The notes beneath the pieces were generated by a model. That model did no database searches and was not told where the DNA came from. It saw only the letters and a list, made by a program, of their open reading frames with translations. The translations under genes were made by a program, and so were the position numbers. From Latescibacteria bacterium UBA6620 (GTDB lineage: Bacteria > Latescibacterota > UBA2968), in the NCBI GenBank assembly GCA_002433075.1, contig DJHM01000047.1, positions 16,037 through 80,036 on the forward strand: a stretch of DNA of 64,000 nucleotides, written 5' to 3'. Each line of letters starts with the position of its first letter. Within the stretch, counting starts at the first letter, position 1. This document shows, piece after piece, positions 10,273 to 20,109 of the stretch.

Positions 10273-10815
10273 ATGCTGAAACGAACGATGGTGAGCGTTC
10301 TGACGCTTGTGGCCGCGATGGGATGCAGCGATCGCCTCAGTCAGATGCAGGACGCCTGCAGGGGAACCTGGGAACTGGCCTCACGCGAGCTTGTGGATGG
10401 ACGCACGATCAGTCCACCGATGATCGAAGGGGTGATGCATTGGGAGCCCATCGATGCCCGTAAGGCCCACGTGTCGATGACAGTGGTCCGGGAGGACGGT
10501 GGGAAACAGATGGTGGACCACGCGGCGAGTACGTATGAGATTTCGACCTCGGCCATCACGCGTAAGCGCCACGCGCTGATTCAGCGCGGCTATCGCGACC
10601 GTGAAGGAGCCACTCTCAGCCACTACGTCCGTGCGAAGACAGAGAAGGGCAAGGCATCGATCGAGGGCGGTCAGATTACCTATCACCACGCGGCCAAGGA
10701 CGTAGCGGGCGGGACGCTACCGGGCGATGACGGCTACACGGAAATTTTCGGTGACGGCGTGATGACAGCCACGTATGCCGGCACCTTCAAGGATACGTGG
10801 CGGCGCATTAAATAG
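10273..10815 (+). CDS. Lipoprotein of unknown function (~180 aa).
   Basis: ATG at 10273 lies 5 nt after GGAGG. Signal peptide MLKRTMVSVLTLVAAMGCSD carries the lipobox AAMG-C. TAG stop. The ORF-track start at 10126 is probably too far upstream. Confidence 0.55.
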   Translation: MLKRTMVSVLTLVAAMGCSDRLSQMQDACRGTWELASRELVDGRTISPPMIEGVMHWEPIDARKAHVSMTVVREDGGKQMVDHAASTYEISTSAITRKRHALIQRGYRDREGATLSHYVRAKTEKGKASIEGGQITYHHAAKDVAGGTLPGDDGYTEIFGDGVMTATYAGTFKDTWRRIK

Positions 10816-10838
10816 CCTGGCGAAGAGGGTTCCTAACA

Positions 10839-10886
10839 GGCCGACCTGTGCGTCCCGAGGACGTCGCGGGTCGGCCGTTTCTTTTA
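10839..10886 (+). terminator. Intrinsic terminator between the convergent lipoprotein and lepB genes.
   Basis: GGCCGACC ... GGTCGGCC stem enclosing a structured loop, followed by GTTTCTTTTA. Confidence 0.45.
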
Positions 10887-10917
10887 AGTGAACTTCCGAT
10901 AGTCTTCCAGGTGGGTT

Positions 10918-11586
10918 CTACTCGATGCTTCCGATTCGGCCCCACCGGATGGCTTTGGCGAAGCGCCAGAGGGGGTGCCGGGCGTCGCGTGAGAACGCAA
11001 TGACGAGCGGTCGGGCCTTGATATTGACGAGGGGAATTGGACCGAAGTATCGAGAATCGTAGCTGTTGTCGCGGTTGTCCCCGATGACGAAGATGTGGCC
11101 ATCGGGGACGCGCTCAGGGCCGAAATTGTCGCGCGGGAGGTAGCGGGAGGGGAACACCCGTGAATCCGTGTGTTTCACGCCTGGCGAGTTCAGGTAAGGT
11201 TTTCCGTCGATGAAGAGTTCTTTGTCTCGAATTTCGACCGTCTGGCCCTCGACGGCCACGCAGCGCTTGAAGAGGTCCTTGGTTTCGTCCTCGGGAGATT
11301 CGATGATGACGAGGTCGCCCGACACAGGGCTGGAGAAGCCCGGTAGTCTGAAGGACGGCATCTTGGTTTCCAGAAACGGAAGCCGGTCTGGGATCTGAGT
11401 GCCGTAAGTCAGCTTGTCGGCAATCACAAAGTCGCCGGTGAGGATCGTGTTTTCCATCGAACCCGACGTGACGTGATATGCCTGGACGACGGTGGAACGA
11501 ACGAAGAACGAGACCGCGATGACGAGGATGGCGCTTTTCAAGAACTCCACCGTACTGCCCGACGCGGTGGTTTTGGATTTTTGCAA
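10918..11586 (-). CDS. lepB: Signal peptidase I.
   Basis: Catalytic Ser motif GSMENTIL, the GDNRDNSYDSRYFG box and an N-terminal TM anchor; 222 aa. Confidence 0.9.
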   Translation of the reverse strand: MQKSKTTASGSTVEFLKSAILVIAVSFFVRSTVVQAYHVTSGSMENTILTGDFVIADKLTYGTQIPDRLPFLETKMPSFRLPGFSSPVSGDLVIIESPEDETKDLFKRCVAVEGQTVEIRDKELFIDGKPYLNSPGVKHTDSRVFPSRYLPRDNFGPERVPDGHIFVIGDNRDNSYDSRYFGPIPLVNIKARPLVIAFSRDARHPLWRFAKAIRWGRIGSIE

Positions 11587-11720
11587 GGATCGATACTCCT
11601 CTGAAGGTGGAAGGCCCCGTCAAATGTGCCAAAATTCGGGCATCGGGGGAAACAAATTCAACGTTCGGGCATCCTGCGGGGACCGACTTGACTGAGACTC
11701 CGGACAGCTACAGAGAGTCG

Positions 11721-12869
11721 ATGACGGATTCGATGCAGAGCGAAGTGTTCGTTCAGTTTGTGGCCTCCGGCGCACAGCGCGGGCGTGACGCGAGATGGAA
11801 GAAGGTTACCGTCCGGCCGGTAGAAATCCGCCACGAGCGACACCTCCAGTTCATCTATCTGGACGATCGGAAGGATATCAGACGGAATTTTTCGACTGAG
11901 AGTGCGTGGCGCGATGCCCTCCGAGAGGTCTTCGACGGTGGTTTCGCGAATTTTCACCTTCAGTCCGATGCGGGAGACATCCACGTAAGGATCGGTAAAC
12001 GCGGACGGCCTCTGGTTTCCCGTGGCCGTCCGAGTACGAAGCTGGAACAGGCCAGGCTCGCACACAATCGGGCGAGGGCGTCGCTGCTGCCCCCTGCGGT
12101 GGCTAAACCCTATCTCCGCACGGTCGGGATTGCCGACGAATCGGGCGACGTGAAACCGACAATGCGGGCCAAGTACCGGCAAGTCGAGGCATTCCTACGA
12201 CTGATCGACCAGAAACTTCCATCGGCTTGTCCTGGCGGAATGCGTGTGGTCGATTGCGGCTGTGGGAGCGCCTACCTTACGCTGGCAGTCTACGCGATGT
12301 TAACTCAGGTCAAGGGTTGGAAAACGTCGATCGTCGGTGTCGACCGCGAACGAGATCGAGTCGAAAAATGCAGGGCCCTGGCAGGGGAACTGGGCTGGGA
12401 CGACGTTCGATTCATCGAGTCGACGATCGGCGAGTTTGTACCGGAAGCGCAGCCGGATATGGTTCTGGCCCTGCACGCCTGCGATACTGCGACGGATGAG
12501 GCCCTCGCACGGGGCGTACGGTGGGAGGCCGGTCTCTTGTTTGCAGCGCCGTGCTGCCAGCAGGAGTTGAGCGGACAGATCGATGCGGATGATCACAACG
12601 CACTTCTGAGACACGGAATCCTGAAACAGAGAACGGCCGACCTGCTTACGGACGCACTCCGAGCGGCTGCGCTCGAGGCGGCCGGATATCGGACAGACGT
12701 CGTCGAGTTCGTCACGAGCGACGTGACATCCAAAAATCTGCTGATTCGGGCAGAAAGGAAGGGTTCCAGACCCAGATCGGAGGCTGTCGAGCAGTACCGG
12801 GTGCTTCGGGACTGCTGGCGAGCCGATCCGAGTATTGGACGGTTACTGGGAGGGGATTTCGTGGATTGA
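11721..12869 (+). CDS. Class I SAM-dependent methyltransferase.
   Basis: Motif I VVDCGCGSAYLTLAVYA, post-I ALHACDTATDEAL. The ORF track starts at 11607; ATG at 11721 (MTDSMQSEVF) is preferred, but the start is uncertain. TGA stop. Confidence 0.7.
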   Translation: MTDSMQSEVFVQFVASGAQRGRDARWKKVTVRPVEIRHERHLQFIYLDDRKDIRRNFSTESAWRDALREVFDGGFANFHLQSDAGDIHVRIGKRGRPLVSRGRPSTKLEQARLAHNRARASLLPPAVAKPYLRTVGIADESGDVKPTMRAKYRQVEAFLRLIDQKLPSACPGGMRVVDCGCGSAYLTLAVYAMLTQVKGWKTSIVGVDRERDRVEKCRALAGELGWDDVRFIESTIGEFVPEAQPDMVLALHACDTATDEALARGVRWEAGLLFAAPCCQQELSGQIDADDHNALLRHGILKQRTADLLTDALRAAALEAAGYRTDVVEFVTSDVTSKNLLIRAERKGSRPRSEAVEQYRVLRDCWRADPSIGRLLGGDFVD

Positions 12870-12951
12870 GGCTTCTTGTGCATCCGAAGGTGGGTAAATT
12901 GGAGGCCGGCCGGGGATTCCACAAAAAAGTTCAGAATATTGAATTATCCTG

Positions 12952-12980
12952 TTGACAGGCCCTTTTCCCGGCAGTAAATG
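12952..12980 (+). promoter_or_regulatory. Putative sigma70-like promoter in a non-coding AT-richer island.
   Basis: TTGACA (12952-12957), 17-bp spacer, TAAATG. An AT-rich UP-like sequence agaatattgaattatcc lies upstream. Confidence 0.35.
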
Positions 12981-13276
12981 CGTCTGCTGTTTGTGGAGAA
13001 TCCAGGAAATTAGAGATCAATGGCGCAAATAAACCACAATCCATTCACCCTTAAACCGAACGAGCGCGATGCATCAAGTAAATGCAATCATGTCCGTGTG
13101 CGGCGATCATAAGCCGCTGACCACGGAAGCCAGGTAGAGTCCTGGAGAGATATCGTTCGGAACGCCCAGTAGGTTGCGTTTCGGACACTGTGAGTCCTCT
13201 CCCGGGCAAACCGAAGCTTCTTCGGTTTGCCCCGCGTGGGGATTTGCAGGCAAAATCGGGTATAAACCCTTTGTCG

Positions 13277-13302
13277 GCCGTCCCATTCAGGACGGCTTTT
13301 TT
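13277..13302 (+). terminator. Intrinsic terminator T1.
   Basis: GCCGTCC cattca GGACGGC followed by TTTTTT. Confidence 0.6.
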
Positions 13303-13305
13303 AAT

Positions 13306-13345
13306 GCCACCGCGCGAGAAAAAGAACGCGGTGGCGATTTTTTTT
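13306..13345 (+). terminator. Intrinsic terminator T2, in tandem with T1.
   Basis: GCCACCGCG cgagaaaaagaa CGCGGTGGC followed by gaTTTTTTTT. Confidence 0.65.
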
Positions 13346-13582
13346 GAAATGATCCGCACTTTTCCGGGTCTATAGAATAGGAGGTCGATCGTGGGGATCG
13401 ATCTCGACGGTAGATGGAAGGAGGAGCGCTCGGAAGGTCAGAAGGACGTCGCGGCGGAGCGACGAATCAGGTGCGGATCCCTGATTCGCCATCTGGTATG
13501 CCAGTACGACGTGCCTCTCTTTATGGACGCGGTTTGGCTCCAGGGGTCGTCGGTCCGCGAGTAACAGGACTGGTTTCTGCAC

Positions 13583-14467
13583 GTGGGAAACGGCGGCAAC
13601 ATTCGAAAGGCCGCTACGCCTGTTCAGTTGACGAAGCGGATGGCCCACCTCTTCCTGCAGGCTCCCGATGGATCCACGGTGGAAGAGGCGTTGCGGTGGG
13701 GCCAGATTCTGGGCCTGGGCGGAGATGTGTCGCTGGTCGAAGCGATCAATGCGACGGTTCTGGGCAGGTCGTTCGAAGAAGAGAGCTTCTGGTCGAAAGT
13801 AATTCACTTCTTTGTGAACAATCCGATGCTGGACCCCGATCAGGTGGGATCGATCGTCGACTACATTCGGCACCGAAAGTTCGAGCCGGAAGAGATCGTC
13901 CTTCCAGGTGGAGAGAGAAGGGTGGGGCCCCCGCCACAACCCAACTTTTCGGTTAAAGGCCGGAGTGTGAACAAACTGCTGCGGGAAGTCGAGGCGTGGC
14001 ACCGACGGCTCGCTCGCGAAACACGTCTTCCGGATCGAAAGTGGGCGGCGTCAACACAGATCCAACCCTTCGAACACGAAGAACGCGAGAGACCCGAAGA
14101 CGAGTCCACGCGCTGGACGATTACCGAACTTCTCAGTTCAAAAGAGTTGAAGGATGAAGGCAACGCGATGAGCCACTGCGTCGCGTCCTACAGTGGAAAC
14201 TGCAAGGGTGGCAAAGTTTCCGTGTGGTCGATGCAGGTGGCCGAGACAGGCGCAACGCCCCGTCGGGTGATGACGGTTTCTGTTCACAACGGCTCCCGCC
14301 GGATCAACCAGGCCCGTGGTAAGCACAACGCCCGCCCGAACGGCTCGACCCCCAACGGTCGGAAGAGAACACTCGAAGGCACCTACCGTCGATACTTCCG
14401 ACAATCAGGCCGAATCCTCCGCCTGTGGCTGGAGCAGGAAGGACTGATCATGTCCAAAGGCGCGTAG
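13583..14467 (+). CDS. PcfJ-like protein (tentative), often associated with conjugative or mobile DNA.
   Basis: The motif ELKDEGNAMSHCVASYSGNCKGGKVSVWSM resembles the E..EG..M.HCV..Y...C core of PcfJ-like proteins. 294 aa, TAG stop. It sits next to the AT-rich non-coding island. Confidence 0.45.
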   Translation: MGNGGNIRKAATPVQLTKRMAHLFLQAPDGSTVEEALRWGQILGLGGDVSLVEAINATVLGRSFEEESFWSKVIHFFVNNPMLDPDQVGSIVDYIRHRKFEPEEIVLPGGERRVGPPPQPNFSVKGRSVNKLLREVEAWHRRLARETRLPDRKWAASTQIQPFEHEERERPEDESTRWTITELLSSKELKDEGNAMSHCVASYSGNCKGGKVSVWSMQVAETGATPRRVMTVSVHNGSRRINQARGKHNARPNGSTPNGRKRTLEGTYRRYFRQSGRILRLWLEQEGLIMSKGA

Positions 14468-14635
14468 AGCATTGACGATGTAGCATAGAACAATGAACAC
14501 TGGCGACATCTCTTTTGCATTTTGCCTTCTCCTACTTCCTCCTTTCTCCAGCGCCACGACGCGATCGTGCTTGCAGCCAGGTTCTCGGTTACCCCATATT
14601 GGCGCTCCAGCGACGGATATTTATAGGAGGCCGAG

Positions 14636-15364
14636 ATGGCAGATCAGGAAGTGATGATTGCACGGATGACGCGGCGAGAGTTCCGGGAAGGGATCGAGGC
14701 GGGGCAGTTCCGAACAGCACTCATTTCGACGGGCAGCAACGAGCAGCATCTGGAACATTTGACGACCGGGCACGATACCCGACACGCCGTGCATATCGCT
14801 CGCGAAGCGGCGAAGACGATGCATCCCAACGTCGTCGTGACGGTCCCGATGAACATCGGTATTTCAGAGCACCATATGAGCCACAAAGGGTCGATGACGG
14901 CGAAGCCAGGCAGTTGGCTGGCGGTGCTGTTCGACGCGGTGGAAAGCGTGGTCCGGCACGGGGTCGAGAACGTGCTCATCCTGAATGGGCACGGGGGAAA
15001 CGTGGCGCCGGTACAGCACAACATCGGTCAGTGGCAGCTCTACTTCCGGATGCGGGATCCGAAGACCAATCTTCACTTCGTGTCTTACTGGGATCTGATT
15101 CCAAAGGACTTCGCCGAGTCCCATCTGAAGACGAAGCAGTACCCCGGGCACGCACAGGAATTCGAGACCGCGACCGCGCTGTATCTGTTCCCCGATAGCG
15201 TCCGCCACGATGCGATGCAGGATCAGGATGACAAGGCGCCCCTGGAAGCGACGGCCGAAGCAGGGAAGGCACTGGTGGATGAGGCGATCCGCCAGGTAGC
15301 GGACTACACGCAGGGGATGATCGATGGCAACCGTCAGGATGAAGGGGTGAGCCATTTTTCGTAG
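14636..15364 (+). CDS. Creatininase-family amidohydrolase.
   Basis: GSNEQH...H..TD, VTVPMNIGISEHHM and ILNGHGGN motifs. RBS AGGAGG before the ATG. TAG stop. Confidence 0.85.
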   Translation: MADQEVMIARMTRREFREGIEAGQFRTALISTGSNEQHLEHLTTGHDTRHAVHIAREAAKTMHPNVVVTVPMNIGISEHHMSHKGSMTAKPGSWLAVLFDAVESVVRHGVENVLILNGHGGNVAPVQHNIGQWQLYFRMRDPKTNLHFVSYWDLIPKDFAESHLKTKQYPGHAQEFETATALYLFPDSVRHDAMQDQDDKAPLEATAEAGKALVDEAIRQVADYTQGMIDGNRQDEGVSHFS

Positions 15365-15384
15365 GAACTCGCATTCAACGGCAC

Positions 15385-16635
15385 GTGGCGATGGGCGACC
15401 CACGGGTCGCCCATCGTTTTGGGGTCGTGGTGGTCGAACCCTCTAGATCACCGAAGTCCGTCTACCTGATAGGTGCGGCGACGGCGTTCTCCCTGTTGGG
15501 AGATCAACTGCTCTACTCGGTCCTTCCTTCCTACTACACAGAGCTCGGGCTGGAGCCGATCCAGGTAGGGATCATTCTGTCCATCAACCGGTGGATTCGT
15601 CTGGTCACGAATCGACTGGCGGAGCGGTTGTGCAGACGGTTGCCGCTGATGCTTCTGATCACCCTTGCGTTCACGCTGGGATCCCTGCTGGCGTTCGCGT
15701 ATGCGTTCTTGCGGGCATTCAGCCTGCTTCTTCTGGCGCGTATGCTGTGGGGTCTGTCGTGGTCGTTCATACGACAGATCGGGGTGATGACGGTTGTCGA
15801 CAGCGCGGAAGAAGGCCGGCTCGGAAGAATGATGGGCCTCTACAGCGGGTTGTCGCGGACCGGATCGGTCGTGGGAAACCTCGGGGGTGCGGTTGGGCAC
15901 GACCTGCTCGGGTTTACGGTGACGCTTGTCATTTTCGGATTGTCGTCTCTTCTGGCCGTGCCGTTGGGGATCGCGTCACGTCGTTCGGTGGTTCAGCGGA
16001 ACCAGGGTGTGGAACGTAGAACGGACTCGGACGATGCTTCCTGGGCTCTACTCATGTCAGGGTTCGTGGCCGGGAGCGTGGGGCCGGGTCTGATGATGTC
16101 GACGCTCGGACTTCTACTGGCGTCAGAAATCGGTCGCGAGATCCACGTCGTGGGGATCACTGTCGGTGTGGCTTCGCTAACCGGGCTTCTGCTGGCAGGT
16201 CGGTGGATGGGTGAACTCCTCGGCGCCCCCGCGATGGGTCACCTGAGCGACCGTATCGGACGGCGGACGAGTATTTGTATCTTCTTTTCGATCGGGGGCT
16301 GCGCGATGGCAGCAGGGGGCTGGCAGGGCGATCCCGTTTCGCTGATCGGATCGGTACTCGTACTGTTTGTCTGCGGGGTGGGAGCCACGGTAGCCCTTAC
16401 GGCGGAAGCCGGGTCACGCGGATCACGTGCGGTGGCCTCCTATTCGACGGCGTCCGATTTCGGGTCGGCCGTCGGGCCGGTCCTCGGTTGGTCGACGCAG
16501 CAGGTCGTGGTTTCTTCGGATCTGATTCTTTACTTGGGCTCCGGACTTTACTTAATCGGCGCCCTGGTCGCGATGAGGTTGGAACGCAGCCAGGTGGTGA
16601 CTGCGGGGAAAGTGAGAGACGACGGCCCGCTGTAA
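15385..16635 (+). CDS. MFS transporter.
   Basis: About 12 predicted TM helices, 416 aa, typical MFS loop spacing. Confidence 0.75.
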   Translation: MAMGDPRVAHRFGVVVVEPSRSPKSVYLIGAATAFSLLGDQLLYSVLPSYYTELGLEPIQVGIILSINRWIRLVTNRLAERLCRRLPLMLLITLAFTLGSLLAFAYAFLRAFSLLLLARMLWGLSWSFIRQIGVMTVVDSAEEGRLGRMMGLYSGLSRTGSVVGNLGGAVGHDLLGFTVTLVIFGLSSLLAVPLGIASRRSVVQRNQGVERRTDSDDASWALLMSGFVAGSVGPGLMMSTLGLLLASEIGREIHVVGITVGVASLTGLLLAGRWMGELLGAPAMGHLSDRIGRRTSICIFFSIGGCAMAAGGWQGDPVSLIGSVLVLFVCGVGATVALTAEAGSRGSRAVASYSTASDFGSAVGPVLGWSTQQVVVSSDLILYLGSGLYLIGALVAMRLERSQVVTAGKVRDDGPL

Positions 16636-16673
16636 CACAGTCAGCTTTCGAAATCTGATCTTACGGAGAGCGT

Positions 16674-17681
16674 ATGAGCAAAGGTGTTGCGCTGATCACG
16701 GGGATTACGGGACAGGATGGGTCTTATCTGGCGGAGTTTTTGCTGGAAAAGGGCTATCAGGTCGTGGGGCTGGTACGACGATCCACGCACTACGGGCATC
16801 CGAACATCGATCACCTGACAGGGCGCGTCACGCTCGAATACGGCGATCTGATCGATCCGGACTTCATCGATTCGGTGATGGCGAAGCATCGACCAGACGA
16901 GATCTATCACCTGGCCGCGCAGTCCGTACCGGCCGACAGCTGGCAGCAACCGATCGTTACGGCGGAGATTACGGCAATCGCCCCAGTGAGGATGATGGAG
17001 GCTGTCCGACGCCACGTGCCCGATTCGCGATTTTATCAGGCGACGAGTCGGGAGATTTTTGGCGGGCTCGAGGAACCTGTGCTCGATGAATCGTCGCCGT
17101 TACGCGCCAACAATCCGTATGGGGTGGCCAAACTGTATGCGCACCTGATGGTCGACACGTATCGGCAGTCTTACGGGCTGTTTGCCTGTGGCGGCATCCT
17201 GTTCAATCACGAGAGCCCCCGTCGAAGCCTGCACTTCATCACACGCAAGGTGACAATGGCCGTGGTCTGCATCAAACTGGGAATTCAGAACCCTCCCCTG
17301 AACGAGATTGGGGAGCCGCTGGTGTCAGACGGGAAATTGAGACTGGGGGACCTGGATTCGGTCAGGGATTGGGGCTACGCAAAGGAATACGTCGAAGCGA
17401 TGTGGATGATGCTCCAGCAGGACGCGCCCCAGAATTATGTGATCGCAACGAATACCTCTCACAGCATCCGGGAACTGTGTGAAGTAGCCTTTTCCCACGC
17501 CGGTCTGAATTGGAACGATCACGTCGTGTCGGACGACGCCTTCCGGAGACCGACCGAGATCGCGGAGTCGCGAGGGGACTTTTCGAAGGCCCGAACGGAG
17601 CTGGGTTGGAAGCCGCGAACGTATTTCGAAGACCTCATCAAGCTGATGGTCGATGCCGATCTCGAGAACCTGTCGACCTGA
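16674..17681 (+). CDS. gmd: GDP-mannose 4,6-dehydratase.
   Basis: ALITGITGQDGSYLAEFLLEKGY, YGDL, PDEIYHLAAQS, RFYQATS.E.FG, NPYGVAKLYA, ILFNHESPRR. Confidence 0.9.
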   Translation: MSKGVALITGITGQDGSYLAEFLLEKGYQVVGLVRRSTHYGHPNIDHLTGRVTLEYGDLIDPDFIDSVMAKHRPDEIYHLAAQSVPADSWQQPIVTAEITAIAPVRMMEAVRRHVPDSRFYQATSREIFGGLEEPVLDESSPLRANNPYGVAKLYAHLMVDTYRQSYGLFACGGILFNHESPRRSLHFITRKVTMAVVCIKLGIQNPPLNEIGEPLVSDGKLRLGDLDSVRDWGYAKEYVEAMWMMLQQDAPQNYVIATNTSHSIRELCEVAFSHAGLNWNDHVVSDDAFRRPTEIAESRGDFSKARTELGWKPRTYFEDLIKLMVDADLENLST

Positions 17682-17699
17682 CCCGAACTGCCCGGTCCT

Positions 17700-19088
17700 C
17701 TATCGCTGAACGAACGCTTCCGAACCATCGTCCCGGGATCTTCCGACAGGTCGGAGCTGTCCACCGCCCGTAACGGGCAGATTCCTGCCGTCGTGCTCTG
17801 CGGTAGTCACGGTGGTGTACCAGTCCTCGAGTAGGCCCCGAAGTTCATCAATCCGACCGCAGAGCGACACGTCGTCGACACGGTTTTCCCGCTCGTCAGG
17901 GTCGTTCTCGAGATCGTAGAGCTCGTTCGGTCCTTCGCCGTAGCGGTGGACGTACTTCCACTCCCTTGTCCGCGCCATTCGGGTGGGCCCGTATTCGTCG
18001 TAGATCACGACTGCGTCACGGAGCCCGTCCTTCCCCCCTTCGAGATTCGCACGGAACGACTGTCCCGGAAGATTCAGATTCCCAGGTAAAGGGATCCCTG
18101 CGTAATCGAGCAGGGTGGGCATAAAGTCGATGGCGCTGATCATCGCGTTCGTCGTCACGCCTTCCGGAATCCGTCCAGGATGGCTGGCGACAAAAGGGAC
18201 GAGGACCGAATTGTCGTACATGTTGAGTGGATAGGTCCCGTTGCCCTTGCCCCAGAACCCGTTATGCCCGCAGCTGAATCCATTGTCGCTCGTAAACACG
18301 ACGAGCGTGTTGTCGCGGATCCCTGTAGCTTCCAGCCTGTCCAGAATCCTTCCCACGTCGAGATCCATTGCCGTCACGGCCGCGAAGTAGCCCTTCAGCA
18401 TTTCCCTGTTTTCGTGTGAACTGTGGGTCAGCCCTCCGGCCCAAGGATGAATCGGCTCCTGAGGACACGTTTCGAAGGGGCAGTCGTCATAACTGTCCAC
18501 GATGTCCTGGGGATGCCCGGTCCAAGGACTGTGAGGGGCGGTATAGTGTACGCTCAGGTAGAACGGGTCCTCATCGCTGGCGTGGGTGTCGATGAAGTCG
18601 ATCGCATCGTCGGTGATGACGTTGGTGACGTATCCAGGGGCGTTGAACAGTTCGCCGTCGCGGATCATCGGGGCGTCGTTGTAGGGCCCACCACCCTTTT
18701 CGTGAACGAACCAGTGGCTGAAGCCCTGCTGCGGCAGGACACTGTTGCCGAGATGCCACTTTCCACTGATGCCGCAGGTCCACCCGTGATCGGCAAGAAT
18801 CGACGTGTAGCCGGTCTGGCCTTCCAGATACGTTGCGGCGTCGTCCCCGTAGTTGCCCTCGCGGATCCAGTCGTGGACACCGTGACGTGACGGCACGGTT
18901 CCGGCGAGGAAAGAGGCACGGCTGGGCGAACAGACGGGGGAGGCGCAGAAGAACCTCTCGAAGCGCATTCCGGTGGTTGCGAGCCGATCGATGTTGGGCG
19001 TCCGGATTTCGTGATTGCCGCAGCAGCCGGTCGCCCAGGGGCCCTGGTCGTCGGTGAGGATGAAGATGATGTTGGGGGAGGAAGCCAT
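17700..19088 (-). CDS. Cys-type sulfatase (arylsulfatase family).
   Basis: IIFILTDDQG, formylglycine motif CASPVCSPSRASFLAG; 462 aa; TAG stop. Confidence 0.85.
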   Translation of the reverse strand: MASSPNIIFILTDDQGPWATGCCGNHEIRTPNIDRLATTGMRFERFFCASPVCSPSRASFLAGTVPSRHGVHDWIREGNYGDDAATYLEGQTGYTSILADHGWTCGISGKWHLGNSVLPQQGFSHWFVHEKGGGPYNDAPMIRDGELFNAPGYVTNVITDDAIDFIDTHASDEDPFYLSVHYTAPHSPWTGHPQDIVDSYDDCPFETCPQEPIHPWAGGLTHSSHENREMLKGYFAAVTAMDLDVGRILDRLEATGIRDNTLVVFTSDNGFSCGHNGFWGKGNGTYPLNMYDNSVLVPFVASHPGRIPEGVTTNAMISAIDFMPTLLDYAGIPLPGNLNLPGQSFRANLEGGKDGLRDAVVIYDEYGPTRMARTREWKYVHRYGEGPNELYDLENDPDERENRVDDVSLCGRIDELRGLLEDWYTTVTTAEHDGRNLPVTGGGQLRPVGRSRDDGSEAFVQR

Positions 19089-19904
19089 TTACGCTAGGAC
19101 CGGGGGGCGCTTGGGCGGGATCGGTTGGATGATTTTTCGACGTTCCGGAGTCAATCGCTCGAGCAGGGCATCGGAGGGCTCAAAGCCGAAGCGGTCGTGG
19201 CCCCAGTGTGGGCCGTAGCGATAGAGTAACGACAGGCGATGCCCCGGGGACGTTCGTTTCGCGGAACCGTGTGCGAGACAATCGACGAACAGGATCGCGT
19301 CCCCACAATTCAAAGGGACCTTGATCGCGTCCTCGACGGCTTCCATCGACACGTCTTCTCTGGTGAACGCGGGGTGTAGCACGTTCGATTTGTGGCTGCC
19401 CGGCACCACCATCGTCGGTCCGTCTTCGGGCCCGATGTTATTCAGGGCAAGCAGGATGTTGACCTGACCGCAACGAAACTGCCCGTCGTGATATCGGAAC
19501 TGGGTGCGGATCCGGCGCTTGTGGCCTCCTGAATGGAGAGTCAGGCCGCCGCTCGGGCCCCGTTTATTCCACCAGTTCTGGTCGATGAAAAGTCCGTCGT
19601 CTCTCCCGACATACCGGTTGATGTGGTCGATCCACGAGGGGTGATCGATCAACCGTTCGAACGGCTCACCGGCTTCGATGATCTGGGACAGCCCTACCTG
19701 ATCGGGCGGGTTCCCGCGACAATGCACGTGGCCGGACCACGTGTCTGCCTCGAGCGGAAGAAGGGCCTCCGCTGCCTCGTTGATTTCGGCTACGTGATCC
19801 TGCGTGACGGCATTTCTGAGGACGATGTAGCCCTGCAGGTCGAATAGATAGTCTTCCATTTCGGTCGGCTTCATTGCTCCGATCGTGCGGTTCACGGTCG
19901 TCAT
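19089..19904 (-). CDS. PhyH-like Fe(II)/2-oxoglutarate dioxygenase, member 1 of a three-paralogue subfamily.
   Basis: MKPTEMEDYLFDLQGY...LHSGGHKRRIRTQFRYHDGQFRCGQVNILLAL...PGSHKSN...AHGS. About 60-70% identical in conserved blocks to 22202..23035 and 23045..23866. Confidence 0.7.
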   Translation of the reverse strand: MTTVNRTIGAMKPTEMEDYLFDLQGYIVLRNAVTQDHVAEINEAAEALLPLEADTWSGHVHCRGNPPDQVGLSQIIEAGEPFERLIDHPSWIDHINRYVGRDDGLFIDQNWWNKRGPSGGLTLHSGGHKRRIRTQFRYHDGQFRCGQVNILLALNNIGPEDGPTMVVPGSHKSNVLHPAFTREDVSMEAVEDAIKVPLNCGDAILFVDCLAHGSAKRTSPGHRLSLLYRYGPHWGHDRFGFEPSDALLERLTPERRKIIQPIPPKRPPVLA

Positions 19905-20109
19905 TCATTAATATGGGATCGGTGGTTTCGGTCTCAAAGCGATTGATTCAGTATTCCGATTCCAGTATGCTTCTGCCCATCTTCCTTCGTGCTGCAACAA
20001 GTTCGGTCGAAGAGCCGTTTCCTGAACGTAGGATCGAGGGGGGTACGGTCATGGACCGGGCGACGCGCTTCATCGCGCTCACGAGACTAGGTGGAGTTAC
20101 TGAGTAGAA

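Larger units (their letters stand above)
12986..13345 (+). ncRNA. Candidate small RNA (~330-360 nt) of unknown class.
   Basis: About 700 bp without a credible ORF. Promoter-like element at 12952-12980. Internal 13-bp perfect hairpin GGGCAAACCGAAG/CTTCGGTTTGCCC at 13204-13232. Two consecutive intrinsic terminators lie on the + strand. No RNase P, tmRNA, 6S or SRP signature motifs were recognised. Confidence 0.3.

Noticed and set aside
13370-14002. 210-aa minus-strand ORF overlapping the PcfJ-like gene
   Set aside because: No recognisable motifs. The + strand frame carries the E..EG..M.HCV motif and a sensible stop context.
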